Source: an uncultured virus (IMG/VR IMGVR_UViG_3300001765_000045)
Taxonomy: Duplodnaviria > Heunggongvirae > Uroviricota > Caudoviricetes
Virus record (IMG/VR): IMGVR_UViG_3300001765_000045
Reading direction: 5' to 3' (one strand)
DNA length: 64,000 nt
A model generated the notes under the pieces. That model was not told where the DNA came from and did not search any database. It saw only the letters and a program-made list of their open reading frames with translations. This document shows, piece by piece, positions 20,413-31,423 of this stretch. The translations under genes and the position numbers were made by a program. The first letter of the stretch is position 1; each line of letters starts with the position of its first letter.

Positions 20413-21161
20413 CAATTTTCATTTGACATTCGAATAGAATGTTTTCTCGTACTAACTAACATTTATTAACTCTTATTAACCTGGACATCAATAAGAGCTT
20501 GGAGGTGTTTAATATTGTGTGATTTCATGTAAGTATACCACCAATTATTTAATAATCTTAATCTATATGATTTACTGTTAAGTATTTTAAATCTCCTTTA
20601 TATGGAATATACGCCAATGCTACTAAACGATGAACTCCGAAAGTCCGCCATTTTCCATTTTCTAATAAAACAGAAGCTGTTAGATAACCATCGCCATTTG
20701 TATACTGGTTCCTTATTTGTCCATTAGGTCCTATGATCTGACCATTTTTGTTTGTTTTAAAACCTTTTGTACCTGGTATTAATTTAATTTCCACTATTTT
20801 TCCAAAACTATATGTTAGTTAGTACTATCAGGTCGCTACCCCTGACCATTAAGATTGTCCAGATCTTAACTATCCGATACTTTCATACCGGTTGAGACCA
20901 TATCTTTACCTTTATTTAAAGGTACTTTCCATTTCGGGTTCGCTTGATACCCTACTCTACTCTTCATAGTTATATGAATTTCGATGGCCGTTGAACGTTC
21001 ATCCTAGTTTAAACTAGGAGCTTCGCTGCGGATTGTCCAATATTTATCTTTGTTACCATACCTGAGTAATTAGTTCACTTTTATATTACTATAAAAGCTT
21101 GGTAGATAAATCTCTAAGGAGTTTCCCGTCAATTAGAAAAGTTTTACGACAGCAAATGTCT
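20413..21161 (-). mobile_element. Group I intron (749 nt) inside the RNAP DFDGD motif, carrying an HNH remnant
   Basis: Exon ends in GGT, intron ends in G; TTGACGGGAAAC, CAATCCGCAGCGAAG, TTCAACGGCCA, AAGATATGGTC core, similar to intron 5034-5464. Confidence 0.88.
20558..20794 (-). pseudogene. Truncated HNH homing endonuclease
   Basis: GYL..VHRLVALAYIP..VNHID followed by a stop; the downstream Asn residues of the HNH motif are missing. Confidence 0.75.
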
Positions 21162-22400
21162 ACCGTCGAAGTCACAGTTCAAGCTTTTTACAGATAGTAT
21201 ACTCAAACCAATTGTATTATCCCCTGGATCTGTTTTAAACTTAGTAATCTTTACACGGATAATTGATCCACTCAACAATGTAGGATTTCTGTTCAATAAA
21301 ACATATATACCTTTCTCAGGAGATTCTTGAATTAATTCATTGATAACTTTATCTAGAATAGGATTATATTTATTAATATGACCATAAATAAGTCCTATGA
21401 TACTATTGAGTTCCATACCGAATTTTAGTAATTTGCTTACTATGTGTGGTCTTAATACAGTTATAGCCACACACCATGGTACTTCAATTTCATCATAAAT
21501 ATGTTTAGATGTAATAGATGTTACTACACATCTAAAACTAAAATTAGTTCTAGTACCAAATATATGACGTCTAAAATGTCCTTCTTTAGTTCCGGTAGAT
21601 TTAAAGAATTGTTCATAAAACAGAGTTAGTTTAAATAAAGCTTTAGCTGTTCTATTTTCTTTTACTCTAAAAGATTGATCATAGAAATCTCTATCAATAG
21701 ATACTAATGATTCAATAGTATCTATACCATTAACTATCATATTATCAATATAGATACCTGTATTAGTTTTTTCTATAACTAATAAAGATTTATTAGGAAA
21801 AGGTATATAATCACTAAAGATTTTTTGCCTATTGTCATATATAAATATTTCTAAAGGTGTTTTTACTGTACTTTTAGCTCCAAATTCTTTAAGGTTAAAT
21901 AATACACCTATAGTTTTGTCAAAGTTTTGTATAAAATTATTATAACCCCTTACTATACCTAGTTCTAATAGTTTATGTAAAACAGGTGGTTGTTTGGTTT
22001 TACTTCTGTAAGTTGTATCACATAACCATTGGATGATATTATATCCAGATTTAGTAAACTTCTTAGAAAGAAGCATGAGAACCATTGGATTTATTAATGC
22101 TAATGTTCCAATAGGTTTACGAAACCATACTAAAGGTTCTATATCATCTTCTACATCACTTGATACTTCTGTACAGCATACATCACACATAGTTCCTATA
22201 TTATATTCACCTTTAGTCATACCACAACTACAACTTGGTAATAAACTTACCATGTCGTTAGTAAATTCTGTTAAAATAATAGAGTTTATATATGATTTAG
22301 CTTCTTTAGTATCACTAGGTAGGTCATTAACAATAATAGGAGGTTTTCTTAAATATTTGAATACATCATTAAAATCCAAAAGTTCTTGGGATACTGACAT
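21162..22400 (-). CDS. nvRNAP catalytic beta'-like subunit, exon 1 (phiKZ gp55-like)
   Basis: Zn finger CSCG..CDVC, KEGHFRRHIFGTR, LLNRNPTL, ends NCDFDG. Confidence 0.9.
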
Positions 22401-22421
22401 TATACCCTCCTTAATGTTAAA

Positions 22422-22880
22422 TTAAACTCCAGTTGAACCAAAACCACCTGTTTCTCTAGATGTTTTTATTTCAAAATCATCAACTACATTAAAAGTTACT
22501 TGTTTTATCGGAAGAAAAACCATTTGACAAATACGATCCATGGGTTTAATAATAAATGGTTCTTGAGATCTATTATAAATAGATGCTTTGATTTCACCTT
22601 GATAATCTGAATCAATTAGCCCTACTGTATTACCTAGGATAATTCCATTTTTATGACCTAAACCTGATCTAGGTAAAATTACTGCTGCTAAAGACGGGTC
22701 TTTAATATCAATAGCTATACCTGTCCCAATTAAAACTACCTGACCAGGATGTACTACTATATTTTCCTCAATACATGCTTTTAGATCTAAAGCTGCTGAT
22801 CCAGATGTAGCATATTTCAGTTGGTCGACAACAGAACTAAGTCTTTTATCTAAAATTTTCAAATCAATCAAAGTATCCAT
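22422..22880 (-). CDS. dut: Trimeric dUTPase
   Basis: [36 protein letters not shown]. Confidence 0.95.
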   Translation of the reverse strand: MDTLIDLKILDKRLSSVVDQLKYATSGSAALDLKACIEENIVVHPGQVVLIGTGIAIDIKDPSLAAVILPRSGLGHKNGIILGNTVGLIDSDYQGEIKASIYNRSQEPFIIKPMDRICQMVFLPIKQVTFNVVDDFEIKTSRETGGFGSTGV

Positions 22881-22910
22881 AGTAAAATCCTATTTAATTT
22901 AACGTTAAAG

Positions 22911-22953
22911 AAAAAAAAGCTACCCAGGGAATTAACCCTGGATAGCTTTTTTT
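22911..22953 (-). terminator. Terminator after chimallin
   Basis: Inverted repeat agctacccaggg/ccctggatagct with A/T tracts on both sides. Confidence 0.75.
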
Positions 22954-22964
22954 ACATCTATTAA

Positions 22965-24803
22965 TTACCAGCGGCGGCTTTGTTGTGCCATATAGGGTTG
23001 TGCTCCACCTTGATAAACATTATACGTCATAAATGACTGATTACCAGTCAACAACGTATTGTTAACAAAATCGGCATAACCACGCTGATTATTGATATCA
23101 TCAAGAACCTGGCTATTGATACGTACAGTTAACCCAGTCTCACTGATACCACGTACAAGTGCGTCAATAAAACTAGCTGTGAATGTAATGCGTTCTGTTA
23201 TACCAGTGAATACTGCTGATTCATTTGTCAATGCTTGGATAATACGTTTACGATCAGCCATACGTTTCATCGCTGGAATATCTTTCCGTAGGAAAGTATC
23301 AGAATAACCACGAATCAATTCAGGATTACGATCACCAGCAATATTACAAACTGCTAAATGATCAATATCCCGCAAATCACGTTTCTGACCTTTACGATCA
23401 ATCCAGTATCCAGTATGTACTGTATTATAAGCATCATCAAACATTGGCTGGCCAACGTTAAAGTACTTACCAAAATTACCACCTGTCAGCTGTTGTGCTG
23501 CACGATAGATTATATCAGTAGCTTTTGGATGACCTGTTGCTGCAGCAGCAAACATAGATAGATACCATGACTGAGGACCAGCTTCTGGACAATCTATTGA
23601 AATAACCAAACCTGGACGAATAAGTGCTGAAATTAATTGACCTAAATCTTGAATCTGAAAAGTTTCTGATTTAGTATCAATATGTTTACCCCATCCAGAT
23701 GGATCATTCTCTAGATTGGATTCAATATTCAATGCACCGATATCACGAAGATCAATACTACCTGAATCCAAAGCAGAAGGACGGAAAGTATTAATCCAAT
23801 TATTATTGTCACGGATAGCTACAGATGTAGCTAGTGCCAATAGTACCATTGCTGGTGTGTAACCAAAATTAGTCACCAGGTTAGTGATTACCAAACGAGC
23901 AGCATACTTTTGTGTCTGAAGCTGTTGTTGCTGAGATACATAGGGATTGAATACAGCCTGTGGATTCATAGGCGCCCACAGCAAATCAATAAAACCAGAG
24001 GAAATGGCGATTTGTGATTCACGTTCACCAGTATTAACCGACTTTGTGATTTGCTGCTGCCGACGTGTACCAAAATTTGTATTCACGTCAGAACGCATGA
24101 TGTTTCCAACAGGATCTTCAATTTGCTGTTTAATGAAGTCTACTGATACAAACAAATTATTATCTTTAGGAACTTGAGTAAGATTAATATCCGCAAAATT
24201 ATTATCGTAAATAGAAAGCTCAGTAGTACACGCCAAGCCAGCATTCAGGGCGAGCATATGCATTTTACGTTTATCTTCATGAGAGAAAGTACTTGGAACT
24301 ACAGTACCTTCAGAATAAAGAACTTTCTTACAATTAAATGCCTTAATAACTTTCTCATGTGCAATTTGACGTAATACTTCATCAAGTGCACTACAAGAAA
24401 AACGTGTAATCTCAGTTTGAACTCCACCGATATTTTCAAATACTGGCTGAATTTTTTCTCCAGTAGCTTCTAGAATCAAAATATAGTAAGCCACTGCATC
24501 CGGAATTTTTTTATCCCGCACGCAAATAATGATATTAGAGAATGCCAAACCCGGAGAGTTAATATTATCCAGATCAAGCAAAGAAATTTCAACACCCGCA
24601 TTAGCATGTTTGTAAATCTCAATCAGACCATCTTTTATGTTAGTGTAATATTCATTATACACCGTTTTTGGGATCGGTGCACCGAACATCCCTATGTTAT
24701 CAAATGACCATGTATTTTTTTGTTGCCCTGGTGCATCAGCTACTGTGTTTTGGTTAACATTGGAGTTAACATTATTATTGCTGTCATTATCAAGAATTGC
24801 CAT
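22965..24803 (-). CDS. chmA: Chimallin, phage nuclear shell protein (phiKZ gp54-like)
   Basis: 612 aa upstream of the gp55-like gene; SGFIDLLW, DLRDIGAL, ISIDCPEAGP, GYWID..RDLRDID motifs; highly-expressed-type codon usage. Confidence 0.82.
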   Translation of the reverse strand: MAILDNDSNNNVNSNVNQNTVADAPGQQKNTWSFDNIGMFGAPIPKTVYNEYYTNIKDGLIEIYKHANAGVEISLLDLDNINSPGLAFSNIIICVRDKKIPDAVAYYILILEATGEKIQPVFENIGGVQTEITRFSCSALDEVLRQIAHEKVIKAFNCKKVLYSEGTVVPSTFSHEDKRKMHMLALNAGLACTTELSIYDNNFADINLTQVPKDNNLFVSVDFIKQQIEDPVGNIMRSDVNTNFGTRRQQQITKSVNTGERESQIAISSGFIDLLWAPMNPQAVFNPYVSQQQQLQTQKYAARLVITNLVTNFGYTPAMVLLALATSVAIRDNNNWINTFRPSALDSGSIDLRDIGALNIESNLENDPSGWGKHIDTKSETFQIQDLGQLISALIRPGLVISIDCPEAGPQSWYLSMFAAAATGHPKATDIIYRAAQQLTGGNFGKYFNVGQPMFDDAYNTVHTGYWIDRKGQKRDLRDIDHLAVCNIAGDRNPELIRGYSDTFLRKDIPAMKRMADRKRIIQALTNESAVFTGITERITFTASFIDALVRGISETGLTVRINSQVLDDINNQRGYADFVNNTLLTGNQSFMTYNVYQGGAQPYMAQQSRRW

Positions 24804-24906
24804 TTTTACTACTCCTTGGTTTTTAAACTAAAAAACAAAATAATACCCTTAGCTAAAGGTCGAATTTTACACAGATTCGGAACTGGTATACGGAACTAAA
24901 CATCTT

Positions 24907-24950
24907 CATTTCATAATTAATATATATAACACTTATGTTAATAGAAAAGG
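24907..24950 (-). promoter_or_regulatory. Phage early-type promoter upstream of chimallin
   Basis: Matches the recurring TTTTC(T/A)ATW...TATATATTAATTATGA motif found before many minus-strand units. Confidence 0.55.
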
Positions 24951-25139
24951 TTTTTTATTAAAAAAGATAACAAGCCCTTATTTAGCCTGAAACCAAAGGC
25001 TGCAGACTTAGTTTAGAATTTCTTCCATTATATATACAATAATGGAAGAAAAAAATACTATGTGATTTAAAGATATATTTGAAAAACTATACTTGTTCTT
25101 ATGTATTGGTTAAATTATTAGTCTTTGTAAGGTTTTAAT

Positions 25140-26222
25140 ATGTATAGGTTATTTGAAGATAGCTATAGTGAAAACTATGCTGGTCTTATTAGACCTCCTG
25201 AGTTTGAACTAGTTAAACGTGTGTATATTGATCAATTAAATGATGTATCTAATTACTATAAGAATAATAGACGTGCTATAGACAATACTCATATATTAGT
25301 AAGAATGTTAAATATAGGTATGCCTAATATAGATAGCAATATAACTAGTTTTATCAGTGCTGTATATACTAGAGCACCTTATATAGCCAAGCATTTTAAA
25401 TTAACTAGTGAAATTGAATTTGGTAATTTATTTGAAAATTTATTTTATCAAGGATATGGTATAGTTTTGTATAGTGAAGAATACTTTGTTATCAATGAAG
25501 CTATGGCTAACTGGAAAAATTTACAAGCTGTTAAAGTACATAAGCATCCTATTTCTAGTTTAAAGTTTTTATTACCTTACCCTAAAAGATATCCTACCAC
25601 TGAAAATGGTTTAAGTGTTGTTAGTATTAATCTACCTATGTTATTTGTACAATATAAAGAATTTTTATTAAATGAGATGTCTAAACCTGAAGGTGAACGT
25701 GGTGGTGCTAATGAATTTGTTTTTAGATATGTTATCTCTAATATGATATATAGTCATGCAGATATATGCATATTCAATAGATATATGAACTTATACTACG
25801 GTATAAATAATATTAATAACGAACCTAGTAAACATCCTATTATGTTAATTGATTATAGTAGTCGTATTGATAATATACTTACTTCACTTATACTATATAT
25901 GACTGATAGACAATTATCTTATTATACTTATTTAAAATTAATACCAGGTATACATAAAAAAGATATGTTAGATGTATTAACTATGCCTGATATGGTTAAA
26001 ACTAGGCAAAACTGGTGGGCATTATATTTAAGTAGACTTGATGAGATATGTTTTTTATTAGATATTGGTGGTAAAGTGGGTTATGCTAGAAATCGAGATT
26101 TAATAAATAAAGCTGTAATTGATGTACAAAGACTATTTAGAGAGAATATTTATATGAATAAACTTCCTAGAGAGTTAGTTATTGAGACTATAGATAAACT
26201 AAAAAAAATAGTGAATATATAA
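25140..26222 (+). CDS. Conserved phiKZ gp53-like protein
   Basis: 360 aa, divergent from chimallin; synteny. Confidence 0.6.
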   Translation: MYRLFEDSYSENYAGLIRPPEFELVKRVYIDQLNDVSNYYKNNRRAIDNTHILVRMLNIGMPNIDSNITSFISAVYTRAPYIAKHFKLTSEIEFGNLFENLFYQGYGIVLYSEEYFVINEAMANWKNLQAVKVHKHPISSLKFLLPYPKRYPTTENGLSVVSINLPMLFVQYKEFLLNEMSKPEGERGGANEFVFRYVISNMIYSHADICIFNRYMNLYYGINNINNEPSKHPIMLIDYSSRIDNILTSLILYMTDRQLSYYTYLKLIPGIHKKDMLDVLTMPDMVKTRQNWWALYLSRLDEICFLLDIGGKVGYARNRDLINKAVIDVQRLFRENIYMNKLPRELVIETIDKLKKIVNI

Positions 26223-26255
26223 CTACTAGCGACCTAAGTATGGTCGCTAGTAGTT
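26222..26255. terminator. Bidirectional terminator
   Basis: actactagcgacc/ggtcgctagtagt inverted repeat plus T-tract. Confidence 0.75.
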
Positions 26256-26265
26256 TTTCTTAATG

Positions 26266-26547
26266 TTAAGATGCTAAAATAACTCTAAGGTATTTAAATC
26301 CTTCTACTGCTACTATATGATCTTGATTAATAAACTCTACACCTTTAGTATCTTCTTTAATATTTAAAACACTAAAAGTTTCTTTATTATTAATATCTAG
26401 TACTAGATAAGGTTTATATCCATTATTTAATTCTTTAATAAATTCTGCATCATCTGTAGCATTATTAAAGACACTTAATAATGCTTCTCTTTTGATATTA
26501 TATTCTTTATTTAATTTTTTTTCAAAATCTATTGGATTGATTAACAC
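26266..26547 (-). CDS. Hypothetical protein
   Basis: 93-aa ORF, GAGGA RBS, GTG start. Confidence 0.6.
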   Translation of the reverse strand: MLINPIDFEKKLNKEYNIKREALLSVFNNATDDAEFIKELNNGYKPYLVLDINNKETFSVLNIKEDTKGVEFINQDHIVAVEGFKYLRVILAS

Positions 26548-26587
26548 AATATTCCTCTTGAATCTCTTTTTAGAAAGGTTTTAAATC

Positions 26588-27412
26588 ATGGGTATACTAC
26601 AAAAAGCGCTAGATGAAATTAAGTATAGAGTCCCATTTAATATACTAACTGCGGCTTTTAATAACTATAATGAGGAAGGTTGGAGACAAGCTCCAGTTAG
26701 TTTAGATGAATTAATACTTAGTAAAGTTATAAGACCAAGAGTTATCTTTGATGCTAATATAGTAGGTGGTGAAACTTTAACTGTTCCTGTTTATAACTTA
26801 AATGTAGAATATGCTGATGACTTTACTAGGGTAGTTAAAATACCTTCTGAACATATAAACTATAGAACTATTATGAGTGTCTTATCTGCTCATTATATGC
26901 CATATGGTTATAACTATAATAATACTAGTGCAGCTATGGCTGGTGCTGGTACAAGTGGTGTCAATGATATAACTAACACCGCACAACGTGTTAATAATAG
27001 CTTTAGCAGCGTACCTGTGTTAAGTACAGCTATTGTTAGATTAGTTGGTCATAATACTGTTATGATACATGATAAAATGTATATAACTAATGTTCACTCA
27101 GTTAGATGTGTTGTAGCTAATGAGGAGAATATGGAAAATATACCTCCTAGAAGTTGGCATGCTTTTAGTAAATTATGTGAACTAGCTGTTAAAAGTTTTA
27201 TTCATAATATTCTTGTTATCCGTATGGGTAATAGTTATCTTGTTGGTGGACAAGAATTAGGGGTTTTTAAAGATATTGTTGATAGCTATTCTGATTCAGA
27301 AGAATTGTATCAAGTAGAATTAAGAGAACGTTGGCAGAAGATTAATATTTACTTCTCAGATGGAATTGAGCACACTAAATATATGCGTATGTTAATAAAC
27401 CCAGGTATTTAA
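26588..27412 (+). CDS. Conserved phiKZ gp52-like protein
   Basis: KALDEIKYRVP..VIRPRV..GGQELG motifs; synteny. Confidence 0.65.
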   Translation: MGILQKALDEIKYRVPFNILTAAFNNYNEEGWRQAPVSLDELILSKVIRPRVIFDANIVGGETLTVPVYNLNVEYADDFTRVVKIPSEHINYRTIMSVLSAHYMPYGYNYNNTSAAMAGAGTSGVNDITNTAQRVNNSFSSVPVLSTAIVRLVGHNTVMIHDKMYITNVHSVRCVVANEENMENIPPRSWHAFSKLCELAVKSFIHNILVIRMGNSYLVGGQELGVFKDIVDSYSDSEELYQVELRERWQKINIYFSDGIEHTKYMRMLINPGI

Positions 27413-27489
27413 TTTTAATTAAAACAAAAAAAAACACCCAGTTTTTTACTGGGTGTTTAGTTTTGTTATATAGTAACTAAAATTTTGGT

Positions 27490-28701
27490 TTATAAATTCT
27501 TATTTACATTATTTTCCATAGGTTCAAGATTTTCATCGCGATCAGTCTCACGCCATCTGGGTTTATTACTGGTTGATAAATTACAAAGTTCTATATTACC
27601 CCATTTGCCAATTATAACTCCTTCATTTGTTATTGCATAACTACCATATGTTTCATTTGAATTAATTTGATGTTCAATAGAAAATGCATCAAGAGCTTTA
27701 AAATATGCAAAAAATTCTAGAAATTCATCTGTTTCGAAAAATTTTCTTGTAACTATGAATTCCCAATTATGCATTTTATTAATAATAACTGGTATCAAAT
27801 AAGTCATTATATTTGGTATACATTCTTTACATGTATTAAATAAATTATGATTGATACAGATTTTAAATGTTATTTGATCTACATCAGTTAGAGATATCTC
27901 ATTAGTTTCATTAACAGAATGCTTTAATTCATCTATTAATAAATTTACTTTTTCTATTTGGTTTTTTAGGACATCCCATTTTTGTTCTCTATCATATGTT
28001 ATATCAAAGAATGGGTGTTGTGAAATAGGCTGTTGAGGAAACCCCGTAGGTTGTTGAGGTTGCATAGGCTGTTGAGGATATCCCATAGGCTGTTGAGGAA
28101 ACCCCATAGGTTGTTGAGGTTGCATAGGCTGTTGAGGAAACCCCATAGGTTGTTGAGGTTGCATAGGCTGTTGAGGAAACCCCGTAGGTTGTTGAGGTTG
28201 CATAGGCTGTTGAGGATACATCATACCTTGTTTAGGATATCCCATAGGGGAATATTCCGGCATTTTTTTATATACACCAGTATAAAGCGGTGATGAAAAT
28301 TTTACCGGAGATTGTTTAGGATATCCCATAGGCTGTTGAGGAAACCCCATAGGTTGTTGAGGTTGCATAGGTTGTTGAGGATACATCATACCTTGTTTAG
28401 GATATCCCATAGGAGAATATTCTAACATTTCGTCTTTTAAAATATTAGTGATATTTAAAAGACCTATCTTTGATAATAATTCTTCATTTAGATCAATAAA
28501 ATCTTTAGTTAACGACACTATTTTAATATCGCATTTAGACCAATGTCTATATACCATTATTTCTTCACCCGTACTTTTTGAATCAATAATTATATCGTCT
28601 TTTAAAATATTTTCTGGTTTAATTATAATACTAAAATACCCTGTTTCATTTATATAAATAGCATTATCAACTTTTACTATTGCTATAACATATTGTGTCA
28701 T
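27490..28701 (-). CDS. Hypothetical protein with an internal Q/P/M/G repeat block
   Basis: 403-aa ORF, AAGGAG RBS. Confidence 0.7.
   Translation of the reverse strand: MTQYVIAIVKVDNAIYINETGYFSIIIKPENILKDDIIIDSKSTGEEIMVYRHWSKCDIKIVSLTKDFIDLNEELLSKIGLLNITNILKDEMLEYSPMGYPKQGMMYPQQPMQPQQPMGFPQQPMGYPKQSPVKFSSPLYTGVYKKMPEYSPMGYPKQGMMYPQQPMQPQQPTGFPQQPMQPQQPMGFPQQPMQPQQPMGFPQQPMGYPQQPMQPQQPTGFPQQPISQHPFFDITYDREQKWDVLKNQIEKVNLLIDELKHSVNETNEISLTDVDQITFKICINHNLFNTCKECIPNIMTYLIPVIINKMHNWEFIVTRKFFETDEFLEFFAYFKALDAFSIEHQINSNETYGSYAITNEGVIIGKWGNIELCNLSTSNKPRWRETDRDENLEPMENNVNKNL
28025..28420 (-). repeat. Tandem coding repeats (QQPMQP, QQPMGFP), near-identical to 7130-7360
   Basis: 28331-28397 matches 7267-7333 with one mismatch. 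Confidence 0.9.
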
Positions 28702-28853
28702 TTTAATACTCCTTGGTTAATTGAAAAATACGTATTTATTGGGTGATAATTTCACTAACTACTATACCCATATATAATATATATACCTTATTTTTTATGA
28801 AAAAAAAACATTACCCAGCAGAGGACTAAGAATCTAGTCATGCTGGGTATTGT

Positions 28854-29546
28854 TTACTTGTCAGCTATTTTCGCGTAGCTGAAGCCGCGCTCAATAACTT
28901 TGTAGCCCTGCTCTGTGGTACCGACTAGACTTAGATCGGTACTCTGGGACGGCCTTACTGGCTCTCCGGGGTGGAATGTCCAGAGGTCACCCTCTGGACC
29001 AACGATTGCCACGGTAAAATTCACCGTGGATCCCGGTCTACCGGTTAGGGTGGCAAATACTTTACCACCCTTCTCCTGGTACGTATACCAGTTTTGGGGA
29101 AGGATCTTCTCTACCCCTAGCCTACCACTGATGTCGGTGGTACAGTACGCTTTGCAGCCTTCTGCAATCTCTGGGTGGATGTACTCCACCCACTCAGCAG
29201 TACGAAGTGCTCTCTCTAAGAACACTTCTGTAGTATAAGAAGTTCTACTTCCTACGCCGTCCTGCAGACGACTACCCAATGTTTGTTTCCAATAATCTGG
29301 ATCCAAACGTTGGATTTCGTCAATCGCTGCTATTACAACGGTTGACGAGAGATACTCGCTGCTAAGCATGTACTCAGCAACGAGTTCCGTCGGAACTTCT
29401 TCCGGAGGTTCTTCAACCCCCAGATGACATACGGGGACTGGATCTTCCCCGTGTCCCATACTTGTAGAATACTCTAGCAACCACGCCCCATGGGCGTAGT
29501 AATTAGTAGATCCCCTTTTGAAATCTACTTCTGTTAAAAACCTCAT
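28854..29546 (-). CDS. Hypothetical protein, GC-rich (likely horizontally acquired)
   Basis: 230-aa ORF near 50% GC by eye; LWTFHPGEPV motif; preceded by leader copy A. Confidence 0.75.
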   Translation of the reverse strand: MRFLTEVDFKRGSTNYYAHGAWLLEYSTSMGHGEDPVPVCHLGVEEPPEEVPTELVAEYMLSSEYLSSTVVIAAIDEIQRLDPDYWKQTLGSRLQDGVGSRTSYTTEVFLERALRTAEWVEYIHPEIAEGCKAYCTTDISGRLGVEKILPQNWYTYQEKGGKVFATLTGRPGSTVNFTVAIVGPEGDLWTFHPGEPVRPSQSTDLSLVGTTEQGYKVIERGFSYAKIADK

Positions 29547-29640
29547 GATATACTCCTAAGTAGATTAGTTTCATTACCATTAATGAAATGCTAACTACTA
29601 TTCCCACTTATAGTATATATGTTCCATTTTTTATGAAAAG
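29547..29640 (-). promoter_or_regulatory. Promoter + stem-loop leader + RBS module, copy A
   Basis: TATATACTATAAGTG..AGTAGTTAG..TTTCATTA-ATGG-TAATGAAA-CTAATCTACT-TAGGAG. Confidence 0.8.
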
Positions 29641-29649
29641 GAAGAAAAA

Positions 29650-30723
29650 ATGAAATTGTTTAATATGATACCTGTTGTTAGTTCATTGTCTTTAGAAGAA
29701 CTGAAACAAAAAAGAAAAGAAAATATTCAAGAACAATTAGAAGATGTTAAACAAATATCTTTAGAAGGTTTCTTTGACTTCTTTAAGAGTAAAGAAAAGA
29801 AAAAAGAAATTGAGAAAAAAACTGAAAAAGAGGATGTGACACTAGAATTATTAAATCTATTATCGTTACAATTAGACGAACTAGTCCAGAAATTGAATAA
29901 CTATACTGTCATACAACTAGATTTCAAAACTAGTTTTTTCTACGAAATGAAAAAATCTAAAGATATCCTAGATTCAGCTGATGAATATAAAAATTTTATC
30001 AAGTATATTCAAGATTTTTATTCTTTAGTAATAGATGATATACATGCTAATATTAGTTTCTTAAACAATGTTACTGAAGATAAACAATTATTAGACAAAA
30101 TCAATAAACAGAAAAATCAACTAATAGATAAAATAAAGCCAAGCAAACTATTTAAAGGTTACAAAAAAGACAATAGTTATAATGCAAATAAAAATCTAAC
30201 TTTATATATAAGTCCTAAAGGAACAGTTGGTCTATATTTTAATAATGGTATAGATAAAGAAAGAAAAGATATTTATAGTAGTGTAAGTAAATATGTTTCT
30301 GAGTTAGGTAATGCATCTTATTGGTTCTCACCCGGTGTTTTCAGAGAACCTGCACGCGTTGTATCTATATCTTTAGCTGAATATATAAATTTATTAAAGA
30401 AATTACAAATTATTGTATCAGAATTAATTGTTCTAAATACTAAATACAGTATATTTAATTCTAATAGTGAATTAAGTAAAACATTTTCTAATTATTTTAA
30501 ATTTAAAAATATCCCTTACAGTGAGTTAGGTTCCAATAATTCAGATGACAAAGATTTTGATGATGACGATGATTCAGAACAAACCTATGAAAATTGGATT
30601 GATGAAATAATGGAATATGCGTATAATGAAAATGAAGCTATAACTAAAGTTACTAGTTTAATAATAGCTTGTGTAGATGAAGTTCAATTAGCTTCTAAAC
30701 GTTTTTTAAAGGAACAAAAATGA
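29650..30723 (+). CDS. Putative virion (head) protein
   Basis: N-terminal SLE motifs (LSLEE, ISLEG) typical of phiKZ-like prohead protease cleavage sites. Confidence 0.6.
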   Translation: MKLFNMIPVVSSLSLEELKQKRKENIQEQLEDVKQISLEGFFDFFKSKEKKKEIEKKTEKEDVTLELLNLLSLQLDELVQKLNNYTVIQLDFKTSFFYEMKKSKDILDSADEYKNFIKYIQDFYSLVIDDIHANISFLNNVTEDKQLLDKINKQKNQLIDKIKPSKLFKGYKKDNSYNANKNLTLYISPKGTVGLYFNNGIDKERKDIYSSVSKYVSELGNASYWFSPGVFREPARVVSISLAEYINLLKKLQIIVSELIVLNTKYSIFNSNSELSKTFSNYFKFKNIPYSELGSNNSDDKDFDDDDDSEQTYENWIDEIMEYAYNENEAITKVTSLIIACVDEVQLASKRFLKEQK

Positions 30724-31376
30724 AATTGTTTAACAATATAGTTTTAGAACATGTAGAACCTAATACTCTATATGCACCTGAGAATGAAATAGTTGTTTAT
30801 GCAACTATCTCTAATCCAGAAGGTTTTGAACAAGCTGATGAAGTTGAACTACAGAAAGAATGGAACACTTATCTAGAGAAAGAAGGATGTAAAGCTAGAG
30901 TACGTGTTATAACTAAAAATAATGATACTAAACAATTCTTAACATTAAAGATTAAGAACGATGATAAGATGCATGAGAATATTGAGTCTTCTAAAGAATA
31001 TACTATTCCAGTAGATGAAAACTTTGTAAATGCATTTACTTTAGTAGCTGAAGATATTATTGAAAAAACTCGATATGTTTTCTATAGTAAACAAGTTGAC
31101 ATTAGCTATATAGTTAATGGTGAAGAAAAAACAACTAAATTAGAAAATGTTAAGTATGAAGTTGATGTATATACTAAAGTACCTAATATGTGCAAGATTG
31201 AAGTTGAAATTGATAGCATAGTAGCTGCTTTAAATAGTGACGATTTAGAAGATAAAGATATTAAACTTATTACTAAAGTTAGCCATCTACCTTTTAACCC
31301 TGTCAATATTTTCGCTAAATGGAGCGAGGGTGGTGAAAACAAGGTTAAGGAACTATGGGATAAGATCAAAGGATAG
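30720..31376 (+). CDS. CYTH-like (triphosphate tunnel) protein
   Basis: ENEIV, ARVR, LTLK, EKTRYVF, YEVDVY, KIEVE pattern. Confidence 0.6.
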   Translation: MKLFNNIVLEHVEPNTLYAPENEIVVYATISNPEGFEQADEVELQKEWNTYLEKEGCKARVRVITKNNDTKQFLTLKIKNDDKMHENIESSKEYTIPVDENFVNAFTLVAEDIIEKTRYVFYSKQVDISYIVNGEEKTTKLENVKYEVDVYTKVPNMCKIEVEIDSIVAALNSDDLEDKDIKLITKVSHLPFNPVNIFAKWSEGGENKVKELWDKIKG

Positions 31377-31423
31377 AAAAAAATACATTTACTGTTATAT
31401 AATCCAATTTTTATAAAATCAGA

